A DNA stretch of 64,000 nt. It comes from Callorhinchus milii (lineage: Eukaryota). The stretch spans positions 114,328,001-114,392,000 of the forward strand of contig NW_024704742.1 of assembly GCF_018977255.1 (NCBI RefSeq). Direction: 5' to 3'. The notes under the pieces are model-generated. The model worked only from the letters and a program-made list of their open reading frames with translations, searched no databases and was not told the origin of the DNA. Shown here piece after piece: positions 1 to 13,326 of the stretch. Numbering within the stretch: position 1 is the first letter of the stretch; every line of letters begins with the position of its first letter. The translations under genes and the position numbers were made by a program.

Positions 1-90
1 ACCAACTAGCTCAGCATAATCTGGAATTTAACTACCTGTAGAAATCTTCTTGGTGTATAACTGTTTTAGCAACTGAGCTCCTGGGAAAAC
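1..90 (-). mobile_element. 5' head of an old tRNA-derived SINE (same family as 28280-28640), cut by the window edge
   Basis: Reverse complement reads ...AGCTCAGTTGCT...TAAATTCCAGATTATGCTGAGCTAGTTGGT, similar to the head and CAGTCTGTGCT..GTT segment of the copies at 28280 and 47545. Confidence 0.4.
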
Positions 91-3000
91 CTAATCAGTA
101 ATTTATGGTTTTGAAGACATCCAGCTTCACTGTTCCAGGACCAGGGCATTTTTTCACAGCTTGCATAAAAATGACATATCTGGTCATGGTTTCAAGCTAA
201 TGTAATTGAAATACAGTGTACAAATATAAACTGGAACACTGTTCTAAGAACAAAACCTTTTCAATGGCTATTGACATATTACTTCAATCCATCAGCTCGT
301 CCCCTATCTCCCCCTACAATTATTCACTTTCGTGAAAAATAGGTGGACATGGGATTCAGCTCCAGATCGTAAAACGGTCTCAAGCCAGTTAACAGCTCTA
401 AATGTGATCAAGTAATGTTACATACACTCTCATATTATTAAAACTAAGGATTGAAATAACAGACTTACCCAAAATTAAAAAAATCACGTTTTTAAAAACA
501 GATAATTGAAACATTTTCTAGGTAAGATCGAACATTCTGTATGTGTAATCCCACTAAACTGCATTAACATCAATTCTGTGGTGTTAGCTCCTCACTCCTT
601 GATTGGGTTATATTTGCACTGCACAATTCAGTACAATTTGTAAACACAGCAACACATCACAGTTCTCACCTCCCAAAACCTAAAATAGTGCATATGTCGT
701 AGTACAAATCCAACTACTAGCAAACCATTTCTTTAAACCTGTATGGTTGTCCAGAAATTTATGGGGCATTACAGCTTTAATGTTCCGTAATGTGAAATTC
801 TGCTTCAAGCAAGAATTTGTTGACCTTGCACTATCGTTCTGTTTTCAAAATGCAGCCCCTCCACTACTGCTCCGTATTTGCCTACTTACCAACATTTTTT
901 GTAGAAACAATTCTATTGTTTATTTCCAGATTATCACCCCATTCTTTCATTGTGTTATTAATTTTACGTCCCATCTGCTTTGTGATTTAGGTGGATATAA
1001 AAGGGGCTGCTATTGCTATTTCAAATAAATAGCTTACATTCCCCTCCTCAGCCCAAATTTATACCAAATTCAAGTGAATTGGCAGCTCAGTTCATTTCTG
1101 TTTAGCTGCCAGATTTGCCTATATAACATCATTCACTTCATTTCTTATCAATAATATTTTGTAAACGACTTTGAGACATTTATTTTAAATAAAAGTACAA
1201 GTTATTGTTGTTGCATATTGCTTCAAATCTAATATAGTTTTACCTACACAATTCTATTGAGTCAGTTGGGGACTCAACAATTTACAAAACAGTGTTGAAC
1301 ATATAGGTTTCTGCCCTTTGTTGGTCCATACCATTTGCTTTATCACAAATAAGGAACTAATTTCATTCAATTAGTGATATCAGTTAGCTATGACGGCTGA
1401 GATTTTTAAAACAGATTACAGCTTGAAAATTCTCAATTGGACCCACCATTATTTACTCTGTGAAAAGGAAATAATATGAATACACAGAAAGCAACATGGC
1501 ATATGATAAATATTGCTTCGGACTAATAGTACTAAATGAAACCAACCGTTATTTTGCATTTTTCAAACAGGACAAAATGAACCCCTCAAAAAAAAAAGCA
1601 GACGTACTAAATTAACTGTTTAGCTACACATAACAAAGGTGCATTGTCAGCCATAAGGATGAATCAGGAAGTCAACAATTGTTTTAGCACAACATTACAT
1701 AATCCGGGCAGTCCAGCTCAAAAGTTCCGAGTTTAGATATTAATTTGTAAAATCATTCAATCATATAGAATCACTTAACTTTTGGGAAACTTCTTTTTGA
1801 GTAAACATTGGACAGATGTATTCTGAGTACAGAGTTTTAACAATGTTAAGAAATAAATTCAACTAAATACAATATTGAGAATAATTTATTTTAATGAAGG
1901 TGACTATAAATAACTATTGCATTACAACAACTTTTAGAAAATTATACTCTGAAGTTTTAAATAAATGTAAAGTAATAAGAGGAATACTATTCTCTCGATA
2001 TTGAAACCCGGAACCACCTCATTTAAATAGCAATTACATGTACCTTCGTCACTCTCTGTGCACAACTAAAATAGTGCATTTTGTTTGCTGAATCCCAAGG
2101 AGAGAAAAAACAGTGATCTGGCATTTCCGTATCAAATATTTTACAAGCTTGAACTGTAAAAAAAACTTCCAAGTGGAGGATACCAACAGAGAATGAAAGT
2201 TTATTAACGTGGTTATGGATAGCTTTTAAATCAGTCTTAATAGGACCAATTTAAATTTGGAATAATCAAACTTTGTAGCTGTCTGCTTTGTGCATACAAA
2301 AAGCAATACTGAAGGTTTTTGTGAAAAATCTAGTGAAAAAAAGTTTCAGCATCTTATATCGGGAAGGTGCTTATCTTATTTAAACAATCCTTTTTTATTT
2401 TACTGATTCATTCAGTTTTTGCTGTGTTCTTTTATTTTTGTCTATCTGCTCTTTACTTCCCTGCCATTTTATGGGGGTGTTGAACATGTGTTATTTTCAG
2501 GATCAACTCCAGCAATTCTAGCTCACTAAAATAAAATTAGCAATATGAGTTGTGTATATTTTTAACCCAACACTATTACAATTGTCAATTAAGCATTATA
2601 AATTAGATATCTGCCTGTATATATTTGATGTTAAAATGCTTTCCCTGTCCGAGCTTCAACTGTAAAAGTAGATTCGTTTTTACAGCTGCATGCAAGGTCA
2701 AGTCTACATCTAGGCAGGAAGTTAAAAAAAAATTACATTACTTAGGAAGGAAGTTGATGCATTCCCTCCACCATTGTCATTAGAGCACTTCCTGAATAGC
2801 TCAGGATTCCATCAATTCAAGAGAAAATGAAATATGTGGCGTTAACCACAGTCTACACAGAACCAATGGTGCTGTTATTATTCAACAATATTATACACTC
2901 TGCAGAACATTAGTTTCATGAGTTTCAATATTTTATCATTGTTTTACATAGTACATTTCCTCGAAATATACCAGGCATTCAGTTACTGGCTACTAAAACT

Positions 3001-3121
3001 CTTAACGGTAAGATTTTTTTTAGTTTTTTTTATTTTATTTTATTTTAAAGAGCTTATTAAAATGTTCATCCTATTTGCCTCGAGTATCTATGGATATTTG
3101 CCATATATCTTTTCAGAACTA

Positions 3122-3291
3122 CAGTAATCTCCTGGTAACTTATCACTCCAAGGGAAAAGGGGCTCAGTGATGAATAGTATACCTCTTATTACTGAGTGGC
3201 GAGTTACGTAATGTATAAATCCATAAATAAATGTGGCCAGAATATTGACAGCATGATGTTAAACCAGGGTCAGGTTATCAGAAATTTACTG
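3122..3291. mobile_element. Tc1/mariner-pogo (Tigger-like) MITE, about 170 bp
   Basis: Imperfect TIRs CAGTAATCTCCTGGTAAC and GTTATCAGAAATTTACTG, flanked by TA at 3120-21 and 3292-93. A homologous inverted copy lies at 13327-13491. Confidence 0.75.
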
Positions 3292-3974
3292 TATTTAAAC
3301 ATAGGGAAGAAATATGCCACAAACAATGCGAATCCCAACTCAAGTACACGGCGACCCTATTAGAATACAATCCTGACTTAGCACAAGTCTGCTTATAGCG
3401 CAAATGTACTTTGGACCTATGCTATGTCAGAAATACGGTGCCTGGATTCCTACACTAAAAAAAAACTGGTCAGTAGGTTACTTGATGTAATCCTAAAGCC
3501 GGCACCCACAAAAACGTAGTGCTCCCCACTCACCCCCCTATCATGCATTGGGAGGAAATGCATTTCTAGTTTGAGTCGTGACACAGAGTTTTACTCACTA
3601 CCTTCGAACTCGGAGGTGAGACTGAGCCAAAATGATACCATATTAGTAGGCTTGATTTCCCATTTTAAACATCGGTAAAAATCGATATTCATAGGATTTT
3701 ATAATTTTCTTCAAGAAAAATGAGTTCCTATAATTTAAAATTTTGAATTGCAGAAAAGGCCAATGTCTGGGTTGTAACATTGCATGTGTGCAGCGCAACC
3801 TGTGCATAGTACCCATAACACAGGAAATGATGCCAGTGGCGACCTTATGACCTGAAAGTCGGCCATTTTTATAGTCCAAAAGATTGCTAAAACATAAAAA
3901 ATATTTAGTTAATATTGTCTGTTCAAAATCAAAAAAAATTGAAATCGAAAGCCAACAACCCTGCTTATAACCTT

Positions 3975-4132
3975 ACTATCCTCTTCAACCGTGCCTTTGG
4001 CTACCCTCCCTGCCCTCCACCCTCCCTTATCCCAAGCCCCTCCCCCTGCTCAGGTTCAAATCCCTGACCATCCAGCTTCTTGGGACGTTCTCCAGACGCA
4101 GAAGGCGCTATACAAATATCATTTTGTATTGT
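3975..4132 (+). mobile_element. L2 LINE 3' end remnant
   Basis: CTCTTCAACCGTGCCTT, a C-rich 3'UTR, then GGGACGTTCTCCAGACG..AAGGCGCTATACAAAT tail as in the other L2 copies. Confidence 0.75.
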
Positions 4133-5523
4133 AAATGTTCCCCTTCCTCCAAAATACCATTAAAAATTCCAAGGAAATGGAAGTAATACAACTACTTGAA
4201 GCAAAATAATGGATGCAGGTTCCAGTAACAGGGTCCGTTGAGGCATACATCTTCTGGCTTCACAGATGAAGAAACTATTGGTCTTGTGAGACCCCAGTTT
4301 GTTGTCCCAGACCCTCAATGCCAATTTGGGAGAACCCCAGAAGCCACCATCCTTCTGTACCAATGAGTTTTTTTGCCAATGAATTTTTTTATTTATTCTG
4401 ATGCATATGGATTGTAGGAGCTAAACATAGGAAGGCAGTAAATATCCTACAATGCCAAATATGTAACATGAAAATGTGGCTGGTCAATGCCCTATAACTT
4501 TAAAACCAGATTTCTATTTACTGAGGAAGAGCCTTTTCTTACAATAAGAGTGTGGTGTGCTATAGTCAGGAATTTTGTATATTATTATCTGCCTATCACC
4601 TTCTATGTCGGTTTCAAAAAGAACAGATGGCAAAGAATAACAATACAGCAAAAACACTCCTAGGTTAGGAATTTATTGTTTACTCTGAATCTCAATCTTG
4701 CCATAGACCTAAAGATGGCAAAGCAACTGTATAATGCTGTAACACACTACCTCTGTGAGTAATTCTGTTCCATCTCAATAGATTAGCTATAAAGATTCAG
4801 CTTGTGCAATTTTAATATAAATCATTTTTCTTCTGTGTTAAATATGCAAAGGGTGCAGAAATAATGAGTATAATGGTATAATGGTGAACAAAACGTCACA
4901 GGATATGTACAACACAAATTAACTGAATGGGTTAAGGTTCTGCATTCAGCCACTTTTCTCCCTGAGGATTTGAGGCAACCTCTAGTTTCTGGAGTGAACA
5001 ATTTTTCTTCTTGTTTGTGGTGGGGAGGGGAGGAAGATGGGGTTGGGCAAAGATTGTAGTCATTTCCTTTGCTCGGCAGATCCTAATCACTGCTGAAGAT
5101 CAAACAGTACAAAAGACAGAGTCAGACTCCTAGTTTGTTACAACTCATTTACATTTATTTAAGCCACCAGACATAGCCAAAACCAACAGCCTTGGGCTAC
5201 AAGATCTTGTAAACTCCAGTAAACATTATGAACAATGATTGATTTTAAATTATTGAGAGGGAAACCTTCCAGTGCATTTAACAGCGGTCTGAGGCATGTT
5301 TGGATCAATGCCAACACTACCAGTCCTCTCAGACCACATTTTGTTTATGACGACCATGTGGAAACACAGGGACAAACACCCCAAATGATACACGCTGAAG
5401 TTCAGCAGCCATATTTTTCCACTGGTAAGAAAGGGAAAACTAAAAGGCAGACATGACTAATTTAAACCATGTACACAAATGTATTACTGGATCTGCATAG
5501 TCAATCATTTTCACCAAAGAATT

Positions 5524-5635
5524 AATAATAATAATCCTTGCATTTGATTTAGCGCTTATCGTCTTCAAGGCGTCCCAAAACGCTTCACAGAATACACTGT
5601 AAAGTGAATTAACTACATATTTTGTGGGGGAAACA
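5524..5635 (-). mobile_element. SINE 3' tail fragment (L2-type tail)
   Basis: (AAT)n-CCTTGCATTTGAT..AGCGCTT..GTCCCAAAACGCTTCACAGAATACACTGTAAAGTGAATT matches the tails of the full SINE copies. Confidence 0.8.
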
Positions 5636-7129
5636 CCAAACAGTTAATGACTAGTCCTCATTATTTTACTGCATTTCTGGTACGGTAACCAGAGATGTGT
5701 TGGTTTAATAGTAGGGGAAAGAGAAACTAAAATCACTTGCACCCCTTTCAGTTTTTGATATTTAAAATGAAAACACAGTTGCATAAAGAGAGTACAATCT
5801 ATTCAGCACACTCCTAAAGCTTATTGCTAGTTGTGAAATTCACCATTTTTTAAAATTGGTATGCAATAAAGGATAAATCATATGTACAGTTCATACCATA
5901 CAAGTAGATTAATTATGACCTCTCTGTTTTTATTAAAACACATTTTATATTCCAACAATGAAAAATCTCTGAATTTAAGATTTTCAATGTTATTACAGAG
6001 TACATGATGTTTCAAAAAATAATCACAACTGAAAACCATATTTCTTAAGATGATTAAACCTGTTGTATTAAAAGAAATACTGTCAAGGGGATATTCATTT
6101 GTTTCCACAATAGATTCAAGTGCATAGTATGATGCATGAGCGACAGAAATATTTGCTTTGTGTTTTAAGGCTCATTTGTCTCCAAGTCAGTGGGCCAGCA
6201 TTACCTCTCCTTTACAGTGATTGCAAATCTCAGATGAAACAACCCATTTCTTCTTTTGATTCACTTCTTTTAACAATTGTCTTTCCAGCCAAAATCAGTG
6301 ATCATTCTGAAGGCAATTGCATTGGTGAGAAACACCTTTTCCATCCAAAAGATTTCCTAACTCTTTTTAATTTCACAAAATACCCAAATCCTTATTACAA
6401 CAGGGACTAAATGTGGCAATCCCAAACAGTAAGTCACTGTGCTAATTCAGACTTCCAGTTTATTATGGTATTCGTTAACAAATCTGTTAAAAATAATCAT
6501 TGTCCAGAGAGCAGCGAATAGATTTTGCAGCTGGCATTTTGCTAATGAGCTTTTGTCAAACTTTTTGAGTTTTGTCTCAGCCAAGAAAACGTCTTAAAGC
6601 AGGACACTGGAAATACCTATGACTTCTGTTTTGCCTTGTAGCTGGCCTTGCGTTTGCACATGCCAAATGTACAACAAAAATCAGAAAGTAAACCTGGCTG
6701 CAATTTGTTCGCATTCAGGATCATAATATTTCAGTGATTCCATTAGCAAATTCCACAATTTCAATCATGAACCAGAGGTCAGATTTTATGAATGATTCAA
6801 TTGATACTTCATTATAAGAAGGTCACTCATATCTCAATAAATTCTGCAAAGATATTGGGAAAAAAATTCTTATCTCTATTTGTAAAACTGTTTTGATTTG
6901 TAGTTTTCAGGTTCTTCCCTGTTCCATAAAATGCAGTAATCCAATTGTAATGCTGTTCAACATACCATGATTTCTGTTTATAGGTCATTCATTAATAGGA
7001 ATATTGTGAAACACCCCTCTATAACACCACCTTCATTAAATTGTTTCTTACTGCTGTAAAGGATCAGTTACAGCAAAGCTTTCTGCATTTTCTGAAAATA
7101 CTATATTTTAAAGGACAAAAATGATACAC

Positions 7130-7520
7130 ATGTAGCTCAATGCAGTAGCATTACGATCCTCTAGGGAGTAACTGGATCTATCTCGATCCAAGGTGACATA
7201 CCTGGTGAAGGAAAAATGGAGCCAACTCTCTGAGCCAGAAACAGTGAGCAGATTCCTAAGCCAGACAAGTCTGCAGTACTCCAATCTGCTGCAGATGATT
7301 GGCCAGCCTGACCGACTTCAGCAATGGGACTTGGGAGCAGTAGACACGTCACTGAGGGGCAATGATTCTTTCCACATGGCCTCTGACAACCCAACAAGCC
7401 AAGACCTCAATGGGCAAGTTGATCCCAGTTGGGAAAGCAGAGGGAAGCTTAACAATGCTTCGTGTAGGTCATCAGCATGGTTTAGCTGGATCATTTTAGA
7501 GTAATTCATATGGCCTTCTT
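7130..7520 (+). mobile_element. Probable old tRNA-derived SINE
   Basis: A-box-like TAGCTCAATGCAGTAGCA and B-box-like TCGATCC. A similar head lies on the minus strand near 16000-16090. The overlapping short ORFs have no recognisable homology. Confidence 0.35.
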
Positions 7521-8345
7521 TGGTACTTAGTACCTTGTATTCCGACACAAGCACCCGTGTTCTGTTGGCATAGATAAGTAGCGTGTGTCTCCACAAACAG
7601 CAAATAAATATTTTTATGAACTTCTCAGTGGCAGGAATTGAAGACTTAACCATTAGTTAACCAGTAATTAACCATTATTGGGTCTTCTATGCATGTCAGA
7701 AACAGGGCTGAGAAACAAAAATAAACAGCAGTACAAATTTCAATGCTAATTTTTGCCAAAAGAAAAGTCAGACATGGTGAAAGTGAGAAGTGTACACAAA
7801 GAGCAAACCCTATGGTGAATAGCAAGAATGTACTGCTACTGAATTTAGTCAAGTGTTTACAGGGCTATTGTCTTACCAGGAATGGAAGGGTTCATACTGT
7901 CAGCTCTAACCTGACTGCTGTACTTAGTGCCTTACACCTTTTAATTCACGAGTTCACCAGCGATAACACTATCTCAGCTCCATCTCCAACTGAGGATATA
8001 CTGCTTCTGGATAACTGCTTATTTTGTAAATTTCGCTTTTCGGACACTAACAGGAAAAAAATCCAAACTAGGGGAAAAGCTTTCCTCATTTTATTAAAAT
8101 AAATGATAAATTTGTCAGGTTTGTATCTATAGTGTAAGCTTTCAAGAATACTCGAGAGAACATTTTTACTTCAATCAAACTGCATGAAATCTGAATGCAA
8201 TTCCCCGAAAGGGTTACTTTTTTTCATGTCAGGCTGCCCCATGCTTTACTCGCTTATTCACTGAAAGACCTGCATAATCAACAGTGAACAAGCCAGTTCC
8301 TGCCAATCATGTCTAGCCTCATTTCACAGCAATGCGAAAGAAACC

Positions 8346-8359
8346 GTTGCTATGGTAAC
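8346..8359. promoter_or_regulatory. RFX X-box motif
   Basis: GTTGCTATGGTAAC matches the RFX consensus GTYNCY-AT-RGNAAC and sits in non-repetitive sequence. Confidence 0.5.
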
Positions 8360-10175
8360 TGGTCAAGTAGTTCGCAATCCCTGAGGTATACTGCTTTACA
8401 CAAGAATCAAATTATGCTTGTATCCATATTTTACTTCAACAACACTTTCTAAGTTGGTGCCAAATTTCTCTTGAATTTACACATCCTTAAAGCAAACCTA
8501 TAGCAGAATTTAGTAACTTGTTAACTGGACGGCCACAATAGCTAAGAATTGGAAGTTGTAGCAGGGTATTTTTACACAAAGAAGGACGTAACAGTATACT
8601 ATGATATGATGTTATACTACACAATGTTAAACAAATGATTAGTTTATCGCTACTGTTGTCACATTATATTCAGACTCCTATTTCTCAATCTAACTAAATT
8701 TTGTACAACATTTTAGTCAGGACTAAAATTATTTAAAGAAAATCAGCTTATGCTGAATATAAATATAAACAAGATGCAGACAAATTTGGAATACCATAAC
8801 TAAATTTTCAATGGATTCAATAGAGGCATTGAACATCTGTACAATTAGGATTTTTCTTAAAAGGAAAATAAGTAATCAAGAACATATTTCCAAATTTTTA
8901 CAATTTGTAACCCTTCAAAGATTCAAAAATTGTTTTACTGCCTAGAAACAAAAGAATAGTTTGCATTTCTCTACTGAAAGCATACAATGCGAATACAATT
9001 TAGAATACAAATCGTGACAAATGAATTGACACAAGACATTTCGATTTTCATTAATCGCTGAAAAAAAAAGGAAACAGGTACATTCTAATCTTACAGTTTT
9101 CAGAAGGAATCAAGGACTACTGTGCAGATTTCAAATTTAACTAGGATTTTTCAGGCTTTAAGTTGAATAAAATATAAAATAACTCCATTGCGTACAAGCA
9201 CACATTAGAAACAAAGCAGTCTTTCAGCCTTGATATAATTATTGTATTTAACTTGTTGGGGAAAAAAGATTTAGAAAATTTGTGCACACCTCAGTGCAGA
9301 GAAGATACATCGTTTTCCACAAACTCAATCTCAGGATAGTATTGTCCCATCATATGAAGCCCCACACTTTCTCAACAATGACTGTTCACACACATTTCTC
9401 TATTGCAACACTATCTATAGCTAATTAGGATTATTTTTGCAAGTATACACTTCTGATCTTTCAAGTTGTGGAAACAGTTCACAGGAGAGTTGATTAATTT
9501 TCAATTGGCTTTGTCAGTAGTGTCTCAGAGATTGTGGATTCAGGCCTCAAATGGTAGCCTGATCCTAAACTTAATCCTGAAAGCCCAATACAACTTTAGA
9601 GGGGTCACCATACATTGGGATGCACTATATTACAGATACAATATTAAAATATAGACCTCACCTGCCAGTCTAACTTACAAAAAGGATTACACAGTACTAG
9701 CAATTTTAATGTTTTTTTTGGTCAGCCAGGTGTCCGATACATGCGGAAACCCATCACCATGCTTTAGAGTGTCCAAAGCAAGCTGTGAGATGTCCATGCA
9801 TCGTACCTATACATGGAAATCCCAGAGATAGAAATGTTAGTGTCTTAAGAGAACATGCTGCAACAAACTACTTTTTTTTCCAACATACTCTGTCTCGCCT
9901 CTCAATTTAGGTAAGACCAATTTATGTGGGATAAAATGGTTAAATGTCTTCAAACAAGCATTCACATCGTCATTTCCTACTCCTCCAACGGCCCCAATGT
10001 CCCCAATCCCAGTCGTACTATACAATGTGAGGTCAAAGAAAATCAAACTGTCTAAGGATCAGTTTCCAAATGTAGTGTTCTTGATGTGCTCTTCTGGAAT
10101 GATTCAGTCAAACTCTTAGAATGGAAGGCAACAAAAAAACTTTCAATGACCTACTGGAATAACGCCACAACTGGA

Positions 10176-10722
10176 TTGGGCAAAACATGAAACTAAGAGT
10201 GGTCATTAACTGTAATAAAATTAAATTCATGAGTCAAATCTACTTTTCCTCAAAACAAAGAAGTGACCAGAGGGAGAGAGAAAGCAAGTGACGAAGAAAG
10301 AGGGAAAGAATGAGGAGAGAGAACATGCAAAACAAGAAAATGTCCCTAAGATCAAGCTGCAAACAACACCAACAACAAAATTAAGACCGTAATTTGGAGT
10401 CAATCAATATTGATCAATATTGCATTGAAAATATTTTCTACTGTAATATAATACTTGCATTTGATATCGCGCTTTTCACGTCTTCTTGACGTCTCAAAGA
10501 GCTTCACAGAATATGCTGTAAAGTGAATTGACCGTATAGTTGTGGGTGAAACGCTGCAGCCAATTGCGCACAGCAGTGTCCCACAAACAGTGGTGGATGA
10601 AAATGACCAATTTATTAAGAGATCTCTTAAGCATTAAGCATTAAGAGATCTTTGACTCATTTGACTCATGAATTTAATTTTACTACAGTTAATGACCACT
10701 CTTCGTTTCATGTTTTGCCCAA
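10176..10722. repeat. 64-bp inverted repeat (arms 10176-10239 and 10659-10722, 62/64 identical)
   Basis: TTGGGCAAAACATGAAACTAAGAGTGGTCATTAACTGTAATAAAATTAAATTCATGAGTCAAAT and its reverse complement with 2 mismatches, 419-nt spacer. Confidence 0.95.
10445..10617 (-). mobile_element. 5'-truncated copy of the tRNA-Ala-headed SINE
   Basis: CTTGCATTTGATATCGCGCTTTTCACGTC..CAGCCAATTGCGCACAGCAGTGTCCCACAAACAG..AAATGACCAATTTATT. Confidence 0.9.
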
Positions 10723-11219
10723 AAGAAAGAGGAGATCACATAGTTTGCAGCAAAAAAAATCTAAAACAGACTACCCCTTAACCAGTGTATCTACCCCAAT
10801 TAACATGAAAAATTCATGTACAATTTCTGAATTCTGAAACTGCCTCACACCTCCTCCACACTCAGCACAACAATTTCACCCAGTGAGTTGCCCAGTCATG
10901 CAAACTGGACAAACCCCTTCATCTGTGCTGTTAGCTTTTCTCATTCTGAATGTTATCATTTCTCTCATCACTCTGGGTTAGGGATGGGGAAAGAAGATAT
11001 GATTCAGATTCAGATTGATATCTAGCCAATGTCTGCTGGAAGCGAGTGTGCAAATAGGCTATGATTCAGCCACTGCAGTTACAGACCCTACCAATACTTA
11101 TGGTCAAGTTCAAACATGAATATGGCCTATTGGTGGAAGTGCAACCAGAGCTCATAGAAACAAACAACTGGACTACAAGAAACCAAACACAGGACTCCAT
11201 GAACTGCTTCTGATGATTT

Positions 11220-12095
11220 GGGGAAATTGATGATCTGCAGCCTATGGAGGGAGGAATTTGCGAGGCCGACAAGCAGGGAGTTTGCATAGGCATGCCTTGA
11301 TGTTATGAATGTGTATATGAGGATCTCGGCGGTCTGTGGTGTAAGACAGTGGCGGAGCCAGGCAATGTTGCGGAGATGGGGGAAGGCAGAGCAGATCATG
11401 GCACAGATGTGGAGTAGAAAGGATAGTTGAGGGTCAAACAAGACCCCAAGGTTCCGACTGGTTTAGCAAGGTGTGCAACCATGGATGGTGATGCTGTTAG
11501 CGCCTGAGGTGCGAAGGTGCTGACGAGAGCCAATCAGGAGGACCTTGGTCTTGTTGACGTTCAACTGTAGAAAATTAGCTCTCATCCAAGAGATAATGTC
11601 TGACAGAGTTGTGTGTCATCCCCATACACGTGGAAATTGACCCCATGCATGCGGATGATGCCACCATGAGGGAATATATAGATATTGAAGTGGAGGGGAC
11701 CAAGGACAGAGCCCTGAGGAACTCCACACGAGACGGTGCAGGGGCATAGAGGAGAAACCAATTGTGGAGATGAAATGGAGATAGTGTGATCTGCGATAGG
11801 ATCTGAACCATTCAAGGACAGAACCATAAAGGTTGAGGTGAAAGGAGATGCGGTGGAAGAGGATAGTGGTCAATAGTATCGAAGGCAGCAGAGAGGTCAA
11901 GGAAGACGAGGAGGCAGTCAGACCCCTGGTTGCAGATGGACAAAATGTCGTTTGTCACTTTGACCAAAGCTGTTTCTGTGCTGTGGGCGGCACACAAGCC
12001 CAATTGGAGGAGCTCAAGAAGGGAGTGGCGGGAGAGGAAGGAGCGAAGCTGGGAGATGGGATGGGTGGGGGTAGTGGTCGGAAGGGTAGAGGCAC
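11220..12095 (-). mobile_element. L2-clade LINE fragment, degenerate reverse transcriptase
   Basis: Frameshifted peptides [59 protein letters not shown]. Confidence 0.95.
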
Positions 12096-12949
12096 CTGAA
12101 CAGATCCCCTCGTCTTTAGTTTTGAGCAATGAAGCAATGTTATGTGGGGAAAACAAAAGTACAATTTTAGACTATTACGTTTGTCTTAGAAAACTTTTAA
12201 AGCAGCTGCAGGGTTTTATTGTAAAATAAAAATTAGTTTTTAAAAGAATCATTTAACATATACTGAAGCCCCCATTCGCACAGCTGGCACCACCTGACAA
12301 GAAAACAATTTACAGCCTGACCTACCACAGCACATTCGGATACAGGAAATCTGATTCAGCAATGCTGGGCTTTTTACATGGCCAAACATCAAATTACTTT
12401 GCTGTGGAACAAAATTAAATCCACACTCTAGAGGTGAGAGATTTGCTCCACAACAAAATCTGCAGCAGGCAAACTTACTGGAATTAGATGGTCACAACTA
12501 ATTCAGTTCAACTCCTAATTTATTAAAAAAACAGCAAATAATACGTGCACAAGGTGAAAACGCTAATGTGGCCAAAGCTTTACAGATTTCAAGTGTAAAC
12601 CTCTTAAGAAAACAGCATTATAAATTTGTATTAGTAATTACAATAGTTTTCTTACAACTGAAACTCAGTGGTAGTTGAAAAGTCCAGCTCTGATGCATTG
12701 TTGCTCATCTACCTCCCATTATTTTTGTTCTCCTGCTCTTTTACGACATTACTGTAAACACCAATTTCCAGGAAAACTGGGCAAACAGACAACTGATATC
12801 TATGCGAACATCGCTCTCAATTTCACTCCTAGGAGATATGCCACAATTATGTGCGATTGCATACACACAGATATATTTGGGAGGAGGGGGTATTTCACAA
12901 TAAAACAATACTTTATTAATTGCACTTGTGACTGAACATCAAAACCGAT

Positions 12950-13292
12950 TTACACTTCTACAGCACCTTTCATGTCAGAAGGAAGGCTCAAGGTGTTACA
13001 TGCAGCTGACTGGGCAATCGAACTGGGGAGAGGAAGTTGGGGGTGGTATCATCAGAAGCACAGGTGAAGAAATTAGTCATAAGAGATAGGCTTTAAAAGT
13101 AGGAAGGGAGGGGGCAAGGCAGGGGACTCTGGGATGCAGTTCCAGAGAGTGGGGGAAATGGCTGATGATGAGGTTGATCAGGAGGGGGATATGACGCAGG
13201 CTGCTGTTTCCTGGACGGGGGGAGTAAGTAGGCTGGTAAGGTTGCAGGATGTCACAGAGGTAAGGTGGAGTTGGCCCATGGAGGGATTTGAA
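12950..13292 (-). mobile_element. L2 LINE 3' fragment
   Basis: Purine-rich AGGCAGGGGACTCTGGGATGCAGTTCCAGAG..GGCCCATGGAGGGATTTGAA, homologous to other L2 3' ends. Confidence 0.8.
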
Positions 13293-13326
13293 ATTCTACT
13301 CAACAGTGATCTGCCCAATTTAACTA

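Noticed and set aside
5265-5445. Minus-strand exon after CTTTTAGTTTTCCCTTTCTTACCAG
   Set aside because: Good acceptor but no convincing donor and no recognisable peptide
7935-8060. Minus-strand exon after TTTTTTCCTGTTAG
   Set aside because: Stops in all frames before the best donor and no recognisable homology
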